Position numbers and translations under genes: made by a program. The notes under the pieces were generated by a model. That model was not told the DNA's origin, made no database searches, and saw nothing but the letters and a program-made list of their open reading frames with translations. DNA of 64,000 nucleotides, from NCBI GenBank assembly GCA_951406725.2, contig OX597826.1:8122001-8186000 (forward strand), written 5' to 3'. Origin of the DNA: Octopus vulgaris. Lineage: Eukaryota. The stretch's first letter is position 1, and each line of letters begins with the position of its first letter. Positions 55,450 to 64,000 of the stretch are shown in pieces.

Positions 55450-55734
55450 AGAGGGCAGCGAACTCGCGGTCGGAGGATCGCGGTTTCGATTTCCAGACCA
55501 GGCGTTGCGAGTGTTTATTGAGCGAAAACACCTAAAGCTCCACGAGGCTCCGGCAGGGGGTGGTGCCGATCCCTGCTGTACTCTTTCGCCACAACTTTCT
55601 CTCACTCTTTCTTCTGTTGGCCTACTCGCTTAGCCAGCGGGGTGGCGTCATTTGAAGGCTAAAACAATGTGAAGCGCATTGTGACCATCGATGTGTAACA
55701 TCATCTGATAGCCTGGTCGGTCACGGTGATCACG

Positions 55735-55739
<5 letters not shown>
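55450..55739 (+). mobile_element. SINE family D variant 2
   Basis: Matches 62404-62561 up to CTCTCACTCTTTC, then a different tail ending (TCACGGTGA)2. Confidence 0.78.
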
Positions 55740-55774
<35 letters not shown>

Positions 55775-55880
55775 TATATAGTAGAGTCCACAGTGATGCG
55801 TATGTAGGAGAGGTGCAGCCGGAGCGTAAATATCCAAACGAGAATCTATAAAGGGTAGATAGAGAGTCCAGTGGAGAAGA

Positions 55881-56067
55881 TAGCCACTACACACATTTTT
55901 AGCCACTACACATTTTTTCTCTCCTTGTTTTTTCTGTGTTCCTTTCTGTAGAAGAGCGTAGGCTCGAAACGTAAAAGACTTTTTCTATTCCTGAGCGTTA
56001 TACTAATACATCTGTTTGTTTTGTACACCACCTGTCTTCGTCTTTTGTTTTTTTCGTGAACTCTCCC
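55881..56067 (+). mobile_element. Short hammerhead-like element ending at (TA)n
   Basis: 55942-55977: CUUU-CUGUAGA-A-GAGC(GUAG)GCUC-GAA-ACGU-A-AAAG. Confidence 0.72.
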
Positions 56068-56108
56068 TATATATATATACTTAGAGAATGATAGTTATGG
56101 CCGGTTCA

Positions 56109-56172
56109 TAGGTCTACCCAGGATTTCGCGTTCATAAGTCGCTTCGCTTTACATACATCTCATCAGACTCTA
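56109..56172 (-). ncRNA. Type-I hammerhead-like motif with canonical core and imperfect stems
   Basis: Minus strand UAGAGU-CUGAUGA-[G(A)UGUAUGUAA...UUAUGAACGC]-GAA-AUCCUGGGU-A-GACCUA. Confidence 0.45.
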
Positions 56173-56603
56173 ATCTTTTCAACGGTCTTAGTAGAGTATC
56201 GGTGGTCATATCGTTCCATATTTTCGAGAGACAAACCTGCTTTCGCGAGTATGTAGAAGCGCAACCTGCCGGACAGCTGTTTAACACAAACTAGGGGGGG
56301 GGGTCTTTGCAGAAACATTCTTGCCGGAGAGCGAAACGGATCGTCAGGAAATCATAAATACACACATACATGTTTAAATATAGAACTGTTTCCGTTGTTG
56401 TAGGCAAAAAATGTTCATATTCCATGTATTCGTATTTTGTATTCCATATTTTTGTAGTTTTTGTTGTTTACGTTCTGTGACGTCCCATACCCACATATAC
56501 ATATGTATATACGCATATATGTATGTACATATACGTATGTATATATGCATATATATATTAATCATATTATATATATATGTATATATATGTATATGTATGT
56601 ATG

Positions 56604-56635
<32 letters not shown>

Positions 56636-57377
56636 CGCATATATGTATGTATGTATGTATGTATACATATATATACTTATCTACATATTTATCTATTCGT
56701 ATACATTCATATATGCAGATGTGGTTGATTAAATCAATATATTTCATTTCTTTTTTATCTTTTATTTGTGTATGTGGCCACACTAGGGCTCCGCCTTGAA
56801 GTGTTTTAGTCGAACGAATCCTATGACTTTTTTGGAACCGCTAAGTTACGTGGACGTAAACACGCCAACACCGGTTGTCAAGCGGTGCTAGGGGACAAAC
56901 ATAGACGCAGACACATACACAAAGGTATGTATGTATGAATAGAAACCGACGACGACGAGGGTCCCATGTGATACGATCAACGGAACAGCTTGCTCGTGAC
57001 ATTAACGTGCAAGTGGCTAAGCACTCAACAGACACGTGTCCCCTTAACGTTCTTCTCTAGGAGATTCAGCATGACACAGGTTGTGACAAGGCTGGCCCTT
57101 TGAAATACAGGTAATCCTCATTTTTGCCAGCTGAGTGGACTGAAGGAACATGAAATAGAGTCCAGTCTGTAATATATCCCTTGACGTCCATCAATTATTA
57201 TTATTATTATTACTTTACTTATCCTACGCTATGTCTGCACAATTCGATCCCATAAAACTGATGTTGCAGCTTAGAATCATTAGGCCGTAGCTGAGATATC
57301 AAAACTTGGAATTTTTTATATACGTACTCATAAAAGTTTATTGCAACACAATTTAAAGAATATATACATATATATTC

Positions 57378-57775
57378 ATGTGTGGTAAGCAGCTTGTTTA
57401 GCAACCACATGGTTCCGGGTTCAGTCCCACTGCGTAGCACCTTGGGAAAGTGTCTTCTACTATAGCCTCGGGCCGACCAAAGCCTTGTGAGTGGATTTGG
57501 TAGATGGAAACTGAAAGAAGCCCGTCGTATATATGTATATATATATATATGTGTATGCGTGTGTGTGTTTGTGTGTCTGTGTTTGTCCCCCTAGCATTGC
57601 TTGACAACCGATGCTGGTGTGTTTATGTCCCCGTTACTTAGCAGTTCGGCAAAAGAGACCGATAGAATAAGTACTGGGCTTACAAAAGAATAAGTCCCGG
57701 GGTCGATTTGCTCGACTAAAGGCGGTGCTCCAGCATGGCCGCAGTCAAATGACTGAAACAAGTAAAAAGAGTAAA
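57378..57775 (+). mobile_element. SINE family B reference copy
   Basis: tRNA-like head (GGGTTCAGTCCC), CCTTGGGAAAGTGTCTT, internal (TA)/(TG) tract, tail hairpin CAGTCA-AA-TGACTG then AAACAAGTAAAAAGAG. Confidence 0.9.
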
Positions 57776-58793
57776 AAAAAGAGAGAGAATATATATATAT
57801 ATATATACACGACGGATTCTGCTCAAGGTTCCATGCAGTGGAACTGAACATCGAACCATGTGGTTGTGAAGCAATCTTCTTACTACATAACCACGCCTGC
57901 GTTATTTATTTATATTTCATACGACTCATCGATCTCCAAAGTTTGAAACGCAAGGTCGCCATTGGTGAAATTCGAAATCAGAAAGCAGAAGTGTGGAAGT
58001 AAGGATTTTATCGAGGATAATTTTTGTTGCTGCACCGTATGTGCAATGGTGATATCGATAATGCTTGTTGCGCTTATTGCTAGTATTTAAACATTTATTC
58101 TTCTCTCCGATTATATTGGCTTTGCTTTCTGTTCAGAAATTGCCAGCTGTATTTGGTAATTAGTATCAATCATTTATATGCGGCCCTGCTGGCTTAATGA
58201 GTTTAATCAGTCACCTGAAACTCAAATGAAACCTAGTCTCCTTTCAAATTTGTATTAATCTATCGTCACCATATAATCGAATCACAAGACTACAGTGAGA
58301 GAACAACCAGCCTCAATACACATGTGTGTGTGTTTATGTGCGGGTGTGTGTGTATGTGTGCGTGTATCTCTGTCTGTCTATATTATAACTGAGAGTCTGG
58401 ATAAGCTTGGATTTTCAAGTAAAAAAATCAACCGGTTAACTCACACATTACAAATATAATCTGCAAGTGGAACGGCAAACATATGCAAAACTTTTTTCAA
58501 GTTTAAGATGTGACATGGTTTTTGTCTACATTCCAATGGCAGAGCTTTAAATTTTTGTTAGAAACCAGCTCTTTTCTCTGAGGAAGAACTTAAATAATTA
58601 TAAACAAAAGAGAATACACACACACACACACACACATACATACATACATACATACATAAGTACATAAATACATACATACATACATAAGTACATAAATACA
58701 TACATACATACATACATAAGTACATAAATACATACATACATACATACATACATACATACATACATGCATGCATACATGCATACATACATACAT

Positions 58794-59445
58794 GATGGCT
58801 GCCCCCTCGTTATCGAGTATGGCCATTGCACGAAGCTTAACTGTTATTGGTGTTGTGATCGAATGTGACTTTTATTTGCTTTTTAAGGCTACAGCCAGCC
58901 ATTCAGTTGAGACTCACAGCACCATCAACAATCATGAACAATACTTTTATCGTGCAATGCCTGTGCAAGAAGATTTTTTAAAAGTGAGGAAAGGCTGTGC
59001 ACTGAGTCAATCCCACTCACTAAGCAACAGCAGCCATAATCCGAAAAGAAGAACAAGTCAACATCATCGGTAACCACTGAGCCGCAGATTTTATATCGGA
59101 GTTATCCCAGTTACCTGAGTTACATTCTCCTAGAAGGATGCCCTAACAAAGGCTAGAACTCCTTCACTTCCAATGGTTTAACCGCGCGATCGGGTATTCA
59201 GTCCGATTATTTCTATGTCCCCGCGCATGATACAGCCTTAAGACAGTCATTGGATGGCCGTTGACTCTCAAGAGTTCCTCCGCCCTTTGACGGGTTTTGT
59301 TTTTCATCCCGCAGGATGTCCAATAAACACACTCCTCACCAAGCAAGCTTGGTTGGGTTGCCGGTTTAGTCGCCGACGACCCGACCATGCAACAGGTTGT
59401 ACCGGGTTACATGTTACCAGTAGCACTCGAAAGTGACCTGACATT
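58794..59445 (-). mobile_element. Non-autonomous RTE-derived element (~650 bp) inside an (ATAC)n array
   Basis: RTE-like 5'UTR motifs (GGCAACCCAACC; GGGCATCCTTCTAGGAGAA) and RTE-like 3' end (KSHIR relic, CATACTCGATAACGAGGGGGCAGCCATC); no ORF; family assignment from memory. Confidence 0.6.
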
Positions 59446-59546
59446 ATACATACATACATACATACACACATACATACATACATACATACATACATACATA
59501 CATACATACATACATACATACATACATACATACATACATACATACA

Positions 59547-59577
<31 letters not shown>

Positions 59578-61125
59578 GTGATGGAGTGTAAGCCGCCTCG
59601 AAGCTTTCACACTTAATACGCATCGGAAACGAACCTAAAATCTCATCATTCGGGGGTGGGGAAAAAACCTACTTAACCCCACCGACCTACGTGTTCCTAT
59701 GGCTTTATATCTTTTCTTGCCATCTCTGCTGCTATTATTGTTGCTTAGGTCTATATTTTTGATTAATGAATCGTGTTCTAGGCAGACCCATTCCGTTATT
59801 CCTTTTTTCTTTCAGATATATAATCGAAGTCTACATTATACTCTTTCTCTTTCCTTTTTTTATGATGATAGATTGATATATTTGATGGTAAAGGAGATAT
59901 GTCTGTAACAACGAGCAGATCAATTGACCTAGGAGAGATGGAGAGGTCTGTCTTCGGTTTCTTGCTAGAGTCTTTTGTTTTTCTTATATTTCTCACAGAT
60001 AATAGGCGTAGTAAAGGCTTAATCGGTTATGTACTGAGATTTGTGTATTCACCAAAATATTTTATCCACGGCACAACCATAATATGTGGCAATTGCCAAA
60101 GTATGGTGACTAATCTGGGATAACATCCCTCGCTTAGTTTGTAATATTGTGATTAATGTAAATAGAAAACTATCTTGCAATGGGGCTTTTTGTTTCTTTT
60201 GCATTGCATCTTTCAAAGCTATTTTAGAAACTGTGTACAGAACTTGTGTTACGGAATAATCTTGGAGTGTCTATTCATATTCTACAAAGGCGAGCAATTC
60301 TCACGTTTGGTATTCAGATTTCCGAGAATTAGTTTAATGAAAGTGAAGTATCTTGTCCGTAGACATACTGCATTGCATTCACATGAAAGATCTTATCACC
60401 TGGTTGTCCTTCTCTTTTAAAATTTAGCCAAGCACACTTTCTTTAATGCTTTTCTTACAACAAATTTCTCGAAATATACCAATAAACATCGGTAGCAGTA
60501 AGGAACGTTTGTCTTTGATTTTTTTTTCTCTATCAGTTCCCATCACAATTGTTCTTTGTCCTACATTGAGACGTAAATAAACTTCCGCATAGTTTTAACC
60601 TTTAGTTGTGAATATTTCACACAACTATTTTCTACAAGAGGAAACGGTTGGTCTTGTGACCATTAATTTGCTAGGAATGGTGAACAATAAAGAAATGGAA
60701 GGAATATCTGGTAAATTCGCAGCATCATCAGTAAGGAGAAACGACGGATGTTCATGAGTGATCTCTTTTATAAAAGCTGGAACTCTTCTGACCCCCCATA
60801 GTGCTTTGAGCTTTTCCGACCTAGCAAAATGTATCCAAATAGTCTAACTTCAACAGGGAAAGCGAGAGTGTGAGAGAATGGGCTCTAGTATTAAAGTAAT
60901 ACTATTTAATTGATCGAGAAAGGATGAAAGACAAAACAAACAAAAAAAAAGAATTGATCGCGGTGGAGATACGAACTCAATATGCGGAGATTCACAAGAA
61001 GAATGCTACAAGGTATTTTCGTTTAGAGTTGTAACGACTGGCAAATCGCAGCTCAGAAGTTTGCGCATGATTTTTACCTTTCTTTAAGAGGACGGGCAAA
61101 ATCCGGATGATCAACGTATTGCTTA

Positions 61126-61330
<205 letters not shown>

Positions 61331-62379
61331 CTTCAGACCACTGACTTCTAGACCCTAGACCCTTTCTTTATATGATAAAGCCGTAAATAATCCGATCCAG
61401 TAGACCATCCTACAGTTATAGAGTGAAAGAGATTCATTTTGTAATTACCTTGACAAAATATTGGGCAAGACAAATGGACGTAAATTACAATCTCATGGAG
61501 ACAAAGATATATTTTCTGACCTCCCTCCGTAACAGGGAATAAATAAACCTAACCGAAGAGTTGTCAGTGATGAATGAATTTTGTTGGTTATTTTGTCCTG
61601 ACTACATTGGTAACTCCCTTTATATCAAATCTACAACTATTGATCCAGTAAGTTGCTGTTGCTATTGTTGCTGCTGTTGTTATTGTTGTTGTTGTCTTTG
61701 TTGTTTAATCTTAGATCAACTCTTTCCAGGCCTATCGTAAAATATATTTCAAGTCTGACCATCAGATTTCTTTCAGGATTACGTAGGTCGACATTTTGTA
61801 AGATGTCTTTCGACAACTTAAATCAGTAAAACGCTGTTCAATGAAACTCGAGTCCGTGTGTATCATAAGTTGAAGACGGGAAGGATGGCTTCCCTTTGCA
61901 AATACTGATAGGGCACAGAAAGTGTGTCTAAAGCCAGCTGGAGGAGGTATCCTCCTGGGGCTACAAACTACAGCAGCATCCACGCCCTTAGGGGTTAGCC
62001 ATATTTAAATGGCAAATATACGTCACGATGTGTTGCAGCTACTGTTTATAACTCGCTCTAAGATTTATTATTGCTGTTCACTGGTTATTTCACTACTAGT
62101 TTTAGCAAGTCGAGTCATTAAGTAGTAACTTTGGCTACTTTAGGGCCTGTTTTACCAGGTTTGCGCATCAAATGCATTTTAGCCATAATCAGTTTCTGTA
62201 TTACACGCACACACACACACACACACACACAGATACACACACACACACATACACACACACACACACACACGCACACACAAACTCACACATATGGCTTCAT
62301 TATTCGATATATCTCTCCATTCAATTTTTAAGATGGTACAGTGTGGTTTAAGGGAAATTGCCAGCTATATTCAGCAAGT

Positions 62380-62684
62380 AGTGGAGGCACATGGCCTAGT
62401 GGTAAGAGCAGCGGACTCGCGGTCGGGGGATCGCGGGTTCGAATCTCAGACTGGGCGATATGTGTGTTTATGAGCGAAACACCCAAGCTCCACGCAGCTC
62501 CGGCAGAAGTTAATGGCGAACTTCTGCTGACTCTTTCGCCACAACTTTCTCTCACTCTTTCCTCCTGCATATTGCAGATCACCTGCGATGGATCGGCGTG
62601 CCGTCCAGGTGGGGAACCTATACGCCAAGGAAACCGGGAAACCGACCCTTATGAGCCAGGCATGGCCCGAGAAGGAACAAGCAA
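62380..62684 (+). mobile_element. SINE family D variant 1 (tRNA head, V-domain-like segment)
   Basis: A box TGGCCTAGTGG, B box GGTTCGAATC; CCTGCGATGGATCGGCGTGCCGTCCAGG; 13-bp TSD ATATTCAGCAAGT at 62367-62379 and 62685-62697. Confidence 0.88.
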
Positions 62685-62908
62685 ATATTCAGCAAGTTGA
62701 ACAAGTAGTGAAATATGCTAAGTGCATATGTTCTGCTATTTTCTATTGAAGCATTTATAAATTACAAAATAATGTTTTCCCCACGAAGAAAATATATGCT
62801 CGAAGCTTGAGAATGTCAGAAGGTGAAAACGGGGATTCTTTTTGCTTCATCTGAGTAGCATTGCATCGTGCCTATAGACATGACTCTAACAGCTGCCTTA
62901 ATTTAGCT

Positions 62909-63256
62909 CAGCGGTTCTGAACCGGGGTGTATATGGCTCCTGAGGGTCTATATAAGGTTCTTGGAGATCCATGCAAAAAAATAGTAAATTGAGAATCCAC
63001 AATATTATTTTAAGGGCCCCTGAAAGAATTTGCTTTAGATGTATGTATTGTTATGTATTGCAAGAAACAGCTAGGTTTCTTTTCTCTAACATTTTACGTA
63101 GTTCAACTTACACAAGTTAATGTGTGAAAATTGAAATAGAAATTTTGAAATGAGTTTCTATAAAACTGCTTTTGAAAAAGCGATTTTTTGTGGGAGTCCA
63201 CCAGAATAAAATAGTAATGAAAGGGGTCCATAGATAAAAAAGATTGAAAACCCCTG
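62909..63256. mobile_element. hAT (Charlie-like) MITE, 348 bp
   Basis: TIRs CAGCGGTTCTGAACC / GATTGAAAACCCCTG; perfect 8-bp TSD ATTTAGCT at 62901-62908 and 63257-63264. Confidence 0.9.
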
Positions 63257-63479
63257 ATTTAGCTAGACAATTAGTGATCTGTATGTATTATTCAATAAGT
63301 AGGACGTCCAGCAGTGTTTTTTTTACGTCAGCCGTATTGGTGGTATAATTTACTGTTTGGATTCTTGGTAGCGATGGGTGAATTTCGAAGAGCATTTGGC
63401 CTGCTGTATGAAATTCATTTCATCTGATAGGTTGTCAGAAAGTCGTTCGCCAAACGCACCAACCTCAGCCTCATAGTTA

Positions 63480-63700
63480 TGTTTGTTCCTCGTTAAAGTT
63501 AATACGCTGTCCCCTTTCACTCGGAGTAAACTGATTACATACCCAATCCACCCAGGCATTCCCGTACTACGCCTTCCTCTGCTTTTGATCACTCATACTG
63601 CGTCACTCTGTATGGCTTTACTGATCCCTCTTACAGTCCTTCTGCTTCAGAATCGTAGCTCTTTGGGAACCTTACCCTGCCCACGTATGTTTCAATTGCA
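63480..63700 (-). pseudogene. Highly decayed RTE-like LINE C-terminal relic
   Basis: QGKVPKEL and RR...WIGYVI resemble RTE motifs WQDKxxNxEV and RRxRWxGHV. Confidence 0.3.
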
Positions 63701-64000
63701 GCTGTCACCTTGAAAATGTTTAAGAGAGGCATTAACCACATCAATCTCACTGGTGTTAGAGGACCTCTCGGAGGTCATGAGCGTTCCAAACTAACAACAA
63801 CAACAATAGAAACAACAACAAAAACAAACAGTAGTTCAGCTCATTATAATAGTTATCACGCAATAGTTAACAGTGCCACGAAATGCGAGATTCATTATAC
63901 ATCTGATTAATGAATCATATATGGGCTTTATAGATCCTTTCAATAAGAAGCAGGATTAAAAATATACCAATGACTCATCAATATATTCTGTATTGATCGA

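Noticed and set aside
59830-60800. Possible decayed GIY-YIG/Penelope 3' region on the minus strand (KYFGEYTNL, RKEKE) and CTGATGA at ~60725
   Set aside because: Too degraded to support; no proper hammerhead stems.

Overview
AT-rich, microsatellite-saturated eukaryotic DNA with no convincing host protein-coding exon. The repeat content (dense tRNA-derived SINEs, compound (TA)n/(ATGT)n/(GATA)n arrays, TTAGGG units) looks like an intergenic or intronic region of an octopus-like cephalopod genome; the taxon is inferred. The only long real ORFs belong to a near-intact ~6.1 kb Tx1/L1-clade LINE (about 24730-30868, minus strand) inserted in a (GATA)n array. Its 3' tail is shared with the most abundant SINE in the window. 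Also present: several SINE families (many with TSDs), a complete non-autonomous Helitron, a Helitron helicase relic, a HINE/DINE-1-like element, a hAT MITE with 8-bp TSD, a Tc1/mariner relic, two decayed Penelope-like RT relics and RTE-derived non-autonomous elements. The most interesting signal is a set of short non-coding elements abutting (TA)n tracts that carry minimal type-I hammerhead-ribozyme folds with covarying stems and non-canonical cores, some as head-to-head palindromes. An RTE-derived element also begins with a twister-like pseudoknotted fold. All ribozyme calls are by eye and untested. Nearly all other ORFs in the supplied track are microsatellite artefacts.
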